From contig CAJTZH010000001.1 of the NCBI GenBank assembly GCA_910584325.1, forward strand, positions 12,328-76,327: 64,000 nt of DNA. Reading direction: 5' to 3'. The stretch comes from an uncultured Lachnospiraceae bacterium. GTDB lineage: Bacteria; Bacillota; Clostridia; Lachnospirales; Lachnospiraceae. The position numbers were made by a program, and so were the translations under genes. Positions 20,101 to 28,419 of the stretch are shown here, piece by piece. Position 1 is the stretch's first letter, and the number at the start of each line of letters is the position of its first letter. A model generated the notes under the pieces. That model made no database searches. It saw only the letters and a list, made by a program, of their open reading frames with translations, and was not told the origin of the DNA.

Positions 20101-20670
20101 CACAGGGCATTCTGCCGTAAATGGGAAAATGTCCATGATACCGCCGCGAATCGCGAATTGTCCGGCAGTTTCCACCTGTCCGTACCGCTCGTATCCCATT
20201 CGCAAAAGGTTCGTCTTCCACTCCTCTAAATCAACAACATCTGTTTCCTTCAGCGTCAGTACCGTTCGGGAAAGATATTCAATAGGCACCAGTTTATCGG
20301 CAAGCGCGTCAATCGTCGTAACGACCGTGAGTTCTTCTTGTTCCATGACAGCCCGGACCGCCGCCATACGCTGTTCCACAATATAATTGCTGTGCACATC
20401 CGCGTTATAGAATATAAAATCCTTCGCAGGATAGTAAACGACATTTTTATCATAAAAGGAATATTCCTCCAGAAGACTTTTTGCCTTCAATTCACTGTAA
20501 GTAATAATTACTTTCTGAATGCCGGGAAACGCCTGCGCGACTCCCCAAGCCAGATGCGCTTTATCCGAATCCGCAATCCCGCTCAGCATCATGGTTTTTT
20601 CATCTTTTATAGTTTCAATCAGCTCGTCATACTGACCCAGTTTTTTCACCGGTTCCAAAAAAATCCGCAT
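17152..20670 (-). CDS. mfd: Transcription-repair coupling factor
   Basis: Superfamily-2 helicase motifs (CGDVGYGKTE, DEEQRFG), a UvrB-homology N-region and TRG-like motifs. Start placed at ATG 20670 after GGAGGA; the ORF track extends to 20736. Confidence 0.95.
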   Translation of the reverse strand: MRIFLEPVKKLGQYDELIETIKDEKTMMLSGIADSDKAHLAWGVAQAFPGIQKVIITYSELKAKSLLEEYSFYDKNVVYYPAKDFIFYNADVHSNYIVEQRMAAVRAVMEQEELTVVTTIDALADKLVPIEYLSRTVLTLKETDVVDLEEWKTNLLRMGYERYGQVETAGQFAIRGGIMDIFPFTAECPVRIELWDDEVDSIRAFDVSSQRSIERMESVTIYPVTENPVTDRQLEEGIAKISAELEAAVLRFKEQKLLEEAGRLTKVIGEALEEIREQSGTGFLEKYITYFCDTPVSFVEYFKRDALFFLDEPDRISEKMSGVEAEFRESMGHRLEKGYVLAGQTDILRSEKEIMAKLCARRSIALSALSYQPKFLQIEKELMFCSKSIGSYNNKFELLVGDLKRYRKSGYGVVLVCSSRTRAGRIADTLLDYDIGAFYSADCDKELTAGQIMVTYGQMKNGFEYPDVKFAAIAESDIFGQRKKKRRKKKVYEGKEIASFNDLTPGDYVVHEDHGLGIYRGIEKMTVEGIEKDYIKIEYGNNGYLYVLATQLDVIQKYAGQDAKAPKLNKLGTQEWTKTKTRVHGAVAEIAKDLVELYAVRQTKEGFCFSEDTQWQKEFEELFPYEETDDQISAIEDTKHDMESRKIMDRLICGDVGYGKTEIAIRAAFKAVQDGKQVVYLCPTTILAGQHYDTFVQRMKDFPVKIELLSRFRTGKQIKAAVEGLKKGLVDIVIGTHRILSADVEFKNLGLLIIDEEQRFGVTHKEKIKKIRDNVDVLTLSATPIPRTLHMSLVGIRDMSVLDEPPQDRLPIQTFVTEYNDEMVREAIHRELSRQGQVYYVYNRVQDIDRIALKVQELVPDARVSYAHGQMDERSLESVMYDFINGEIDVLVSTTIIETGLDIANVNTMIIHDADKFGLSQLYQLRGRIGRSNRTAYAFLMYKRDRMIKETAEKRLQAIKEFSELGSGFKIAMKDLEIRGAGNVLGARQHGHMEAVGYDLYCKMLNEAVLELKGETKSRPYETTVDVTLDAFIPSSYIKNEVQKLEIYKRIASIETREELLDMEDELVDRFGDLPRSASNLLSIALLKAKAHNAYVTEIKGGKKGVRLRMFINARIDVERIPDIVAQYNGMLKFKVETQPYFTFIPAKIYAGAEGDLEFLEDIMDLTDKIGG

Positions 20671-20736
20671 GTTTTCCTCCAACAGCATATGTCCGGGATA
20701 CGTTTTCCATACCCCGGATGATTTTATAACTTCCAT

Positions 20737-21294
20737 TTAATTATATTGATTCATTGCCTCGTTAATGCCTTGCGCAATCATACATTGACAAGCCTTTACT
20801 GCCTGTTTTTTCTCTTCCTCAATATCGCGGAGTTCCTCCTTGGTAAACCGCGACAATACATAATCCGCCAAATCATATCCTTTCGGCTTATCTCCGACGC
20901 CGCATTTTATCCGCCAGAATTCATCGCTGTTCAGATACGAAATGATACTCTTAATTCCGTTATGCCCTCCCGCGCTTCCTTTCGGACGGATTCGTATTTT
21001 GCCCGGCGGCAGGCTGATATCGTCAAATATGACAATCACGTCCTGCGGCTCTACCTTATAAAAGTCCATAACTTCCCGCACGCATTCACCGCTTAGATTC
21101 ATATAAGTAAGCGGCTTTACAAGCACCACTTTCTCACCTGCAATAACGCCTTTTCCGCACAGGCCCTTATGTTTCCTCATTTCCAGTGAAATATTAAATT
21201 CATCACAGATGCTGTCAATCACTGAAAAACCAATATTATGCCTCGTGCCGTCATACTTTTTCTCGGGATTTCCCAAACCTACAATTATCTTCAT
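20737..21294 (-). CDS. pth: Peptidyl-tRNA hydrolase
   Basis: 185 aa; MKIIVGLGNPEKKYDGTRHNIGF...GGHNGIKSI. Confidence 0.95.
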   Translation of the reverse strand: MKIIVGLGNPEKKYDGTRHNIGFSVIDSICDEFNISLEMRKHKGLCGKGVIAGEKVVLVKPLTYMNLSGECVREVMDFYKVEPQDVIVIFDDISLPPGKIRIRPKGSAGGHNGIKSIISYLNSDEFWRIKCGVGDKPKGYDLADYVLSRFTKEELRDIEEEKKQAVKACQCMIAQGINEAMNQYN

Positions 21295-21304
21295 ACTGCT
21301 GCCG

Positions 21305-22267
21305 TCACCCCATCAGTTTTGTATACGGAAGAAGTTCCGAACCTTCGTCTATTACAGCGTTTTGAAGATATGAAAACGGTCCGACGACACTGTCTGCTTT
21401 GATTACCGTATTTCCGCAAATAAATGTATCTGGATAAATCACTACATCATTCTCAATACGGACATCCGGTGCAATATAGGTCGTTTCGGGGTCTATGATT
21501 GTAACGCCTGCCTCCATCCACGCCCTGTTAATGCGCAGTTTCATAATTTTCTCCGCTGCGGCAAGCTGAACCCGTGAATTCACACCTTCAATCTCCGTCG
21601 CGTCCTCCGCAATCATCGCGTCCACTTTTAACCCTTTATCTTTGATTATCATTAACGTATCCGGCAGATAGTATTCCCCCTGCGCGTTATCGTTTTTTAA
21701 CAAATCCAGCGCCTCGTAAAGGTTCTTTGAATCAAACACGTACATTCCCGAATTAACTTCTCTGCACTGCCGCTCTTCTTCTGTCGCGTCTTTGTGTTCC
21801 ACACTTTTAACAAACAGACCATCCGTGTCCCGGATAATTCTTCCGTAACCTGCCGGATTGTCAAGAACTGCCGAAAGCACTGTAATTGTATTTTCTTTTT
21901 CCCTATGCGTACAAACAAGCTTCTCAAGCGTCCCTCCGGTAATCAGCGGCGTATCGCCAAACAAAATCAATGTCTCCCCTTGCGTTCCGATAAACTCTCT
22001 TGCACATTTTACCGCATGCCCCGTTCCAAGCTGCTGCTGCTGCGTCACAAAGGTAATCCCCGACGACTGCTTCGCCGAAAGAATCTCTGACTTTACCGTC
22101 CCGGCTCCGTGTCCGACAACGACGCAGATTTCGTCGGCGCCTGCCTGCCGCGCCGCACAAATTGCATGTTCCACCATACACTTTCCCATTACTTTATGGA
22201 CAACCTTCGGAAGTTTCGACTTCATTCTCGTTCCCTGTCCCGCTGCCAGAATCACTGCTTTTAACAT
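21305..22267 (-). CDS. GlmU-like sugar-1-phosphate nucleotidyltransferase (N-terminal uridylyltransferase domain plus a short beta-helix stub)
   Basis: 320 aa; LAAGQGTRMKSKLPKVVH and QQQLGTGHAV match the GlmU pyrophosphorylase domain. It ends after about 70 aa of hexapeptide repeats. Confidence 0.8.
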   Translation of the reverse strand: MLKAVILAAGQGTRMKSKLPKVVHKVMGKCMVEHAICAARQAGADEICVVVGHGAGTVKSEILSAKQSSGITFVTQQQQLGTGHAVKCAREFIGTQGETLILFGDTPLITGGTLEKLVCTHREKENTITVLSAVLDNPAGYGRIIRDTDGLFVKSVEHKDATEEERQCREVNSGMYVFDSKNLYEALDLLKNDNAQGEYYLPDTLMIIKDKGLKVDAMIAEDATEIEGVNSRVQLAAAEKIMKLRINRAWMEAGVTIIDPETTYIAPDVRIENDVVIYPDTFICGNTVIKADSVVGPFSYLQNAVIDEGSELLPYTKLMG

Positions 22268-22268
22268 C

Positions 22269-23279
22269 TTAGTATCCCTCCGGATTATTCTTCTGCCATC
22301 TCCACGAATCCTCGCACATTTCTTTTAAATCACGCTGGGCCGTCCAGCCAAGTTCCTTTTCCGCCAGCGACGCGTCAGCGTAACATGTCGCGATGTCTCC
22401 GGCACGACGCGGTTTTATTACATAAGGAATCTTTACGCCGGAAGCTTCCTCAAAGTTCCTGACAATATCAAGCACACTGTAGCCTTTGCCTGTCCCGAGG
22501 TTGTAAATCTTAAGTCCCGGATTTTCCGTCAGTTTCTCAATTGCTTTCACATGTCCGACCGCCAAATCAACTACATGGATATAATCCCTTACGCCGGTTC
22601 CGTCCGGGGTATCATAGTCATTGCCGAACACCCCCAGCTCTTTTAGTTTTCCCACAGCCACCTGCGTGATATACGGCATCAAATTATTGGGAATACCGTT
22701 TGGATTCTCACCCATCGTTCCGCTCTTATGAGCGCCGATTGGATTAAAGTAACGAAGCAGGATAACGTTCCACTCTTTATCCGCGTACTGCATATCCGTC
22801 AATATCTGCTCGAGCATTGACTTCGTCCAGCCGTACGGATTGGTGCACTGTCCCTTCGGGCACTCCTCCGTAATCGGAATAAACGCCGGATTACCGTAAA
22901 CGGTCGCTGACGATGAAAATACAATATTTTTAACCTGATGCGCTCTCATAACGTCAAGAAGCGTCAACGTTCCCGCAATATTGTTAGTGTAATATTCAAG
23001 AGGCTTTACAACCGACTCGCCTACTGCTTTGAGACCCGCAAAATGAATACAGGATTCTATGTTTTCTTTCTCAAACACTTCATTTAAGCCGTCTCTATCC
23101 TGTATGTCAACCTTATAAAATGTGACCGGCTTGCCCGTTATCGCCTTCACTCTCTCAAGTACCTTTTCACTGGAATTGATGAGATTATCCACTACAACAA
23201 CATCATACCCAGCATTTTGAAGTTCCGCCACCGTGTGGCTGCCGATATACCCGGCGCCGCCTGTTACAAGAATTGCCAT
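22269..23279 (-). CDS. galE: UDP-glucose 4-epimerase
   Basis: [15 protein letters not shown]...[12 protein letters not shown] (YxxxK). Start at ATG 23279 after GGGAGGA. The Arg/Lys-rich N-extension in the ORF track is an artefact. Confidence 0.93.
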   Translation of the reverse strand: MAILVTGGAGYIGSHTVAELQNAGYDVVVVDNLINSSEKVLERVKAITGKPVTFYKVDIQDRDGLNEVFEKENIESCIHFAGLKAVGESVVKPLEYYTNNIAGTLTLLDVMRAHQVKNIVFSSSATVYGNPAFIPITEECPKGQCTNPYGWTKSMLEQILTDMQYADKEWNVILLRYFNPIGAHKSGTMGENPNGIPNNLMPYITQVAVGKLKELGVFGNDYDTPDGTGVRDYIHVVDLAVGHVKAIEKLTENPGLKIYNLGTGKGYSVLDIVRNFEEASGVKIPYVIKPRRAGDIATCYADASLAEKELGWTAQRDLKEMCEDSWRWQKNNPEGY

Positions 23280-23307
23280 AATCGTATCCTCCCTTAAAAA
23301 TATTCTG

Positions 23308-23724
23308 TTACATGATATCCGGCGACCATTCCAAATCTTCGCCGTCTCCCGATTCATCCGGGTCCGGGGCTGGCTCCTGCTCCGGCTCATGTTCTGTTTC
23401 CGGTTCCGGCTCCGGCTGACCCACAAAATCATCCTCGCCTTCCTTGCTATTATCTTTTTGTGTCTGCGTCTGTTGCGGCGTTTGTGTTTGTGTTGTACTG
23501 ACCGTATTATCTTCGGTTGCATTTTCCGTACCCGGCTCTGTCTGCGCTGCCGTACCGGTCTCTAAAGCAGCCGTTGACGGCTGCGCCTCTGTTGACCGGG
23601 AAGGCATCATCGTTTCGCCGGACGTCGTTTCTTTCCGGCCCCCCATGCCAGTAACGCCAATAAAAATCCCCACGGCAACACAAAGAGCACAAACCACAAA
23701 AATCATCACACGATTGTTTTTCAT
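23308..23724 (-). CDS. Membrane-anchored low-complexity acidic protein, unknown function
   Basis: 138 aa. N-terminal [20 protein letters not shown], then a T/Q/E/P-rich disordered tail ([21 protein letters not shown]). GGGAGGGGG SD upstream. Confidence 0.55.
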   Translation of the reverse strand: MKNNRVMIFVVCALCVAVGIFIGVTGMGGRKETTSGETMMPSRSTEAQPSTAALETGTAAQTEPGTENATEDNTVSTTQTQTPQQTQTQKDNSKEGEDDFVGQPEPEPETEHEPEQEPAPDPDESGDGEDLEWSPDIM

Positions 23725-23737
23725 CCGCTCCCCCTCC

Positions 23738-25084
23738 CTATTTTACTTCATATCCCCGCCGGACAATGGTATCTACTACCTGCATGACATATTTCTCACA
23801 AATTGCATCTGTTTCCGCTTCCACCATGACGCGCACCAGCGGCTCCGTTCCGCTCTCCCGCACCAATATGCGTCCGTTATTTCCAAGCGCTTTCGCTGCC
23901 TCCTTCACTGCCGCTTTTACCTCCGGGTCATTCTGTGCCGCTGTCTTATCCGTTACACGCACATTTTTCAGAAGCTGCGGATAAATCGTCACCGGCGCTG
24001 CAAGTTCGGAAAGCGGCTTTTTCTTCGCCAGCATCACTTCCATCATTTTCAATGCTGTGATAATTCCGTCGCCCGTTGTCGCATACTTGCTGAAAATAAT
24101 ATGTCCCGATTGTTCGCCCCCAAGACGATGGCCATTATTTGTCATACTCTCATACACATACTTATCGCCGACAGCCGTCTTCTCATACTCAATGCCGACC
24201 TCGTCAAACGCCTTATAGAGACCGAAGTTTGACATCACGGTGGTCACGACTGTATTTCCGATAAGCTTTCCGCGTTCTTTCATATAGCAGCCGTAAATGT
24301 ACAAAATTAAATCGCCGTTAATAACGTTTCCTTTCTCGTCCACACACAAACATCTATCCGCGTCTCCGTCAAACGCAAATCCTGCGTCCAGTCCCTGATC
24401 CACCACCAGTTTCTGTAATCCTTCAATATGTGTGGAACCGCAGTTAGCATTAATATTCGTTCCGTCCGGCTCGTTATTGATGACATATGTCTTGGCGCCT
24501 AATGCGTCAAAAACCGCCTTTGCCAGATTCCACGCGCTTCCGTTGGCACAGTCAAGACCAATCTGCTTTCCTTTAAACGAGTACGTCGCAAGAGAAATCA
24601 GATAGCCAAGATAACGGTTCCTTCCCGCAACATAATCCACGGTACAGCCTACCTCCTCCCTGTGCGCAAACGGAATCTCTTCTGCCATACCGTCGAGATA
24701 CTCTTCAATCTTTAAAATAACCGTCTCTTCCATCTTCTCCCCGTTACTGTTCAAAAGCTTTATTCCATTATCATAAAACGGATTATGGCTTGCCGAAATC
24801 ATGATTCCACAGTCAAAATCTTCCGTGCGTACTACATAAGAAACACTCGGTGTCGTCGTTACATGCAGAAGGTATGCATCCGCTCCTGACGCCGTAAGAC
24901 CTGCGACAAGAGAATATTCAAACATATAACTGGAACGTCTGGTATCTTTTCCGATTACCACTTTACACTTATGTTCTCTGCCAAAATACCAGCCGATAAA
25001 ACGCCCGACTTTGTATGCGTGTTCTACCGTCAAATTTACGTTTGCCTCTCCGCGGAAGCCGTCTGTACCAAAATATTTTCCCAT
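23738..25084 (-). CDS. glmM: Phosphoglucosamine mutase
   Basis: 448 aa; GKYFGTDGFRG, active-site ISASHNP, GGEQSGH. Confidence 0.95.
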   Translation of the reverse strand: MGKYFGTDGFRGEANVNLTVEHAYKVGRFIGWYFGREHKCKVVIGKDTRRSSYMFEYSLVAGLTASGADAYLLHVTTTPSVSYVVRTEDFDCGIMISASHNPFYDNGIKLLNSNGEKMEETVILKIEEYLDGMAEEIPFAHREEVGCTVDYVAGRNRYLGYLISLATYSFKGKQIGLDCANGSAWNLAKAVFDALGAKTYVINNEPDGTNINANCGSTHIEGLQKLVVDQGLDAGFAFDGDADRCLCVDEKGNVINGDLILYIYGCYMKERGKLIGNTVVTTVMSNFGLYKAFDEVGIEYEKTAVGDKYVYESMTNNGHRLGGEQSGHIIFSKYATTGDGIITALKMMEVMLAKKKPLSELAAPVTIYPQLLKNVRVTDKTAAQNDPEVKAAVKEAAKALGNNGRILVRESGTEPLVRVMVEAETDAICEKYVMQVVDTIVRRGYEVK

Positions 25085-25133
25085 TTTCTTTTCCTCTAAA
25101 ATAATATTTAAAATTTCTATCAGTATATCATAC

Positions 25134-27080
25134 TTACTCCACTTTTAAAAGCCATCCGTATTCATTTTCAAACCGAACCGGAAACCATTCGAATACCGGT
25201 TTGTACTCCTCATACGTCCCGCCGTAGCCCTTTTCTACAAAAATATATTTACAGCCAAGCTTTTCCAAATCCTCCATAATATCAAAAGAAGGATAATCGG
25301 CATTATTCAGATGTTCCGGATGCCAGCCTGGATTCTGATTCGTAAGATAGTAATAATACTCTTTCAGATACCTTAATTCAACGCCGAAATACGGTACAAA
25401 GGTATTCTGTTCATCTACAACTTCACGGACATGATTATACATCGTCTGCATTTCTCTCGTCACATTTCCTCCCGCCTGGATGGAGTCTATATTTTCCTGA
25501 TATACGCCAAACAAACTTGCCGATAAATTACTCGGCCACATATATTCCTGCTTCTCATAAAGATTCTTTTCAAACCCTGTTAAAAAAATACAAAAACCGA
25601 CAAATCCTGTAACGAGATACACTGTCAGATACCGTTTTTCCGCCCCCGTTGCCGACGCAATTTCGCGAAATGCGCACCAATACACCAGTACCCACATCAA
25701 AAAATGCAGTTTATAAAAATAGTAAGTGCCCATCTCCCCTATAAAAACGCAGTAAAGCATCCATACCGCAAAAACAAGCACACATCCCATAATCGTCAGT
25801 CCCGCGTCGAACTGTTTCTTTCTGATATTTCGAAGACCAAATAATACGACCGGAAATACCCAGAACAAAAAATTACCGTACGGTTCTCTGTAAATACTTC
25901 CGTCTGTCCTCAGATAATTTACGACAACATCCATTAAGACATACCGAAACCCTAAATAACACGCCGCCGCTATTCCCGCTGTCCACAAGAAATTGCAAAG
26001 CGCATAATGCCTGCGCAAAAATTTCAGGCGGTTAAGCCACAGTAAAATCCCCAGAACCGCCATTCCTGCCGCAAGCAGCGGCAGCAACATTTTCATGTAA
26101 TCCGGCGCAACAAACCAGACGCATAAAATACCGGGTACCAGAAAGCCTAATAAAAATAGAAATAACGTATACCATGAATAAAATTTCTTTCTTTTATTTT
26201 GGAGCACAATCAGATAGACAAGCTCTCCTATAAGCAATGCCGGCGCAAACAACGTGTATGAATTGCACATCGCAAGATTAGCGGTCATCAGCAGAAGAAT
26301 ATCTAACCAATTCTCTCTGTCCTTTTGTTCTATCTTATATAGAATCCATAACAGCCATATGCACAAAAGCATTCCCGAGCCAAGATACTCAAATCCGCAA
26401 AGCATATTGAGCAGCGGATACCCCAGCAAAAACAGATATTCCATAATAATTCCTATAATCCATGAATACCTGTCTTTTATATGGGTTCGTATCAGCGCCC
26501 AGAACAGAACCCCGATTGCCAGAAACAAAAACAATTCTGAAATCAAAAACGCTCTGTGCCAGTTTACCGCGCCGATTACCGGGTCGAGAACCTGCATAAA
26601 AATCATGTTAATTAAATAAAGTGTATATCGTCCCTGCAATTTTCCTGACTGCGCTAAACTGGACGCATAATAAAAATGCCTTACCGAGTCATCCTGAGAA
26701 TACGCGAACACATCAAGATTGACGCCATAACGGATAACGCCAATCAATACCGTCACCACAAAGACGCTGCCGATGACAACCGCATCGCTCCACGAAAAAA
26801 AATATGTTTGGCCCCTTCTTTTTTTTAAAATGACAAAACATGCCAAAAGAGCAATCAAAAGATTGCTCCATGATAAGGTTCCTATATTGACCGGCAGACC
26901 GGGAATTTGAATCAGACCTGCTGCCAGAACCCAATAGGTGATTAGCGCCATTACGCCCGCTGCCGTCTGTAACACGCCGTTTTCTTTTTTCTTGTTTCTC
27001 GGAAACAGCATTATTCCTGCCAATGCTGCAATACTTGTGACAATAAACCATATGCTAGTAAACATTACCGGATACCTCAA
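25134..27080 (-). CDS. Large polytopic membrane protein with a C-terminal soluble domain, unknown function
   Basis: 648 aa with more than 12 hydrophobic segments. TTG at 27080 overlaps the stop of the upstream SecB-like gene; ATG 27065 is the alternative start. Confidence 0.6.
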   Translation of the reverse strand: MRYPVMFTSIWFIVTSIAALAGIMLFPRNKKKENGVLQTAAGVMALITYWVLAAGLIQIPGLPVNIGTLSWSNLLIALLACFVILKKRRGQTYFFSWSDAVVIGSVFVVTVLIGVIRYGVNLDVFAYSQDDSVRHFYYASSLAQSGKLQGRYTLYLINMIFMQVLDPVIGAVNWHRAFLISELFLFLAIGVLFWALIRTHIKDRYSWIIGIIMEYLFLLGYPLLNMLCGFEYLGSGMLLCIWLLWILYKIEQKDRENWLDILLLMTANLAMCNSYTLFAPALLIGELVYLIVLQNKRKKFYSWYTLFLFLLGFLVPGILCVWFVAPDYMKMLLPLLAAGMAVLGILLWLNRLKFLRRHYALCNFLWTAGIAAACYLGFRYVLMDVVVNYLRTDGSIYREPYGNFLFWVFPVVLFGLRNIRKKQFDAGLTIMGCVLVFAVWMLYCVFIGEMGTYYFYKLHFLMWVLVYWCAFREIASATGAEKRYLTVYLVTGFVGFCIFLTGFEKNLYEKQEYMWPSNLSASLFGVYQENIDSIQAGGNVTREMQTMYNHVREVVDEQNTFVPYFGVELRYLKEYYYYLTNQNPGWHPEHLNNADYPSFDIMEDLEKLGCKYIFVEKGYGGTYEEYKPVFEWFPVRFENEYGWLLKVE

Positions 27081-27535
27081 TTTTTAATAATTGGCGCTTT
27101 ATTCTTCTTATTTTTCTCTTCATAATAATCGTAAATATTAACAAATGGCAAAACTATTTTCCCACTCGCAAACATCGTAGCTGAAATATTTTCTATTTTT
27201 GCACGTGCAACGGAAAATAATGCCGCCGCTCCGTTAATCAAAACCAATTCTTTAAACTTTTGTTCATCTACTGATAGCGGTGATGAAAATGCTCCTTCCA
27301 AAGTCATATCAATAGAACAAACCTTTTTATCATTTTGCTCCAGTTCAATCAGTATCTTTAATAACAGCTTTCCTGTCCAGGTTTTTTCCTCAGCTGTCAG
27401 CTCCGAAAAGATAATGTCCATACCAAATTTTCTGATTAAATCTTCAGGCACCATCGAAAGCTTATTATCTACATTTAATTCTAAAATGGCTGAACCCAGA
27501 AATAAAAAATCCGGTACGATACAATTAAACTTCAT
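27077..27535 (-). CDS. SecB-like chaperone (candidate TAC-system chaperone)
   Basis: 152 aa from ATG 27535. LLLKILIELEQNDKKVCSIDMTLEGAFSS...LVLINGAAALFSVARAKIENISATMFASGKIVLPFVNIYDYY parallels the E. coli SecB core (VVLRVTV...GGIFSI...[36 protein letters not shown]). The start overlaps the XRE gene stop (TAATG). Confidence 0.7.
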   Translation of the reverse strand: MKFNCIVPDFLFLGSAILELNVDNKLSMVPEDLIRKFGMDIIFSELTAEEKTWTGKLLLKILIELEQNDKKVCSIDMTLEGAFSSPLSVDEQKFKELVLINGAAALFSVARAKIENISATMFASGKIVLPFVNIYDYYEEKNKKNKAPIIKN

Positions 27536-27969
27536 TATGCAATCCCCTCCATCTGCTTTGACCACACCGTAATATCGCCATATCCCGACACTGTATGTTT
27601 TCGGTCACTAAATGACGTTTCAATAACTTTATATTCATCTCTCAGGCAGTAACTTTTATCACGTATGACCGGTTCAAATTCCATGTCTAATTTATCACAT
27701 ATTTCTTTGAGGGTTGTAACTGTAAAATTATACTCTCCGCTTTCCCACCTGGAAACCATTCCCTGAGAAACATTCATCATCTTTGCAAATTCTTTTTGAT
27801 TCATTCCCATTTCATTACGTTTCATTTCTATTTTAGCCGCTATAATTGCCAACGCTCTAATGCTTTTTATCTCCGACTCTGTTAACTTTCCAGTAAGCCA
27901 GTTTGTCGTTCCTGCTTCTTTTATTTTCTCCTCAAGCATTATCTTTCTCTCCTTCCTATTCTCAACCAT
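27535..27969 (-). CDS. XRE-family HTH antitoxin (HigA-like) with a C-terminal extension
   Basis: 144 aa. HTH MNQKEFAKMMNVSQGMVSRWESGEYNFTVTTLKEICDKL plus a tail of about 40 aa. The ATG overlaps the stop of the upstream toxin frame (GATGGTTGA). Confidence 0.8.
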   Translation of the reverse strand: MVENRKERKIMLEEKIKEAGTTNWLTGKLTESEIKSIRALAIIAAKIEMKRNEMGMNQKEFAKMMNVSQGMVSRWESGEYNFTVTTLKEICDKLDMEFEPVIRDKSYCLRDEYKVIETSFSDRKHTVSGYGDITVWSKQMEGIA

Positions 27970-28345
27970 CCAGAATCCTTAATCTATTTAATGCCAATTT
28001 AACGTTTCTGGCGTAATCCTTCTTTGATTTTTCCTTAAATGCAGCCAATAATAAGATTTTTCCCTCTTACAAGTAAATATACAGTACTCTTGGATTCAGT
28101 TTACTTTTAGAATAACGGATACTGAATAATTTAGGAGTGATATTCTCCAATTGCTCAAAATTTTGCAGCTTAATTGCTTCCTCCCCATACTCCTCCAATA
28201 TTTCCAAAGACCTAATCAGCCATTTCTGATAACGTGGAAATGGTGGACTAAAACTGAATTTCTCTTTAGTCATACTGTAAAATTCTTTTTGAAAGCAATC
28301 AACTTCGTACACTTTCGAAAACATCTCGTTCCGAACTATGTTCAA
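27962..28345 (-). pseudogene. RelE/ParE-superfamily (Gp49/HigB-like) toxin interrupted by an in-frame TAA
   Basis: The ORF-track product ends ...KLFSIRYSKSKLNPRVLYIYL at TAA 28067-28069. The same frame continues EGKILLLAAFKEKSKKDYARNVKLALNRLRILDG to TGA 27962-27964. Together these give a typical toxin-length protein of about 127 codons. Confidence 0.65.
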
Positions 28346-28368
28346 ATTTGACCACCACCTCTATCAGC

Positions 28369-28397
28369 ATTATATTACTCATAAGTAATATTTGCAA
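28369..28397 (-). promoter_or_regulatory. Promoter of the toxin-antitoxin-chaperone operon with a palindromic operator in the spacer
   Basis: Minus strand: TTGCAA, a 17-nt spacer, TATAAT. The spacer contains ATTACT-N4-AGTAAT (28374-28389). Confidence 0.6.
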
Positions 28398-28419
28398 CAA
28401 ATAAATAATAATTCCCTGA

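Noticed and set aside
23280-23522. 81-codon Arg/Lys-rich N-terminal extension of galE in the ORF track
   Set aside because: galE homologs begin at [15 protein letters not shown], which here has its own GGGAGGA SD. The extension overlaps the neighbouring gene in another frame.
23444-24232. 262-aa plus-strand ORF antisense to glmM and the acidic anchored protein
   Set aside because: Cys/Arg/His-rich nonsense-like composition with no SD. It overlaps the strongly supported glmM gene.
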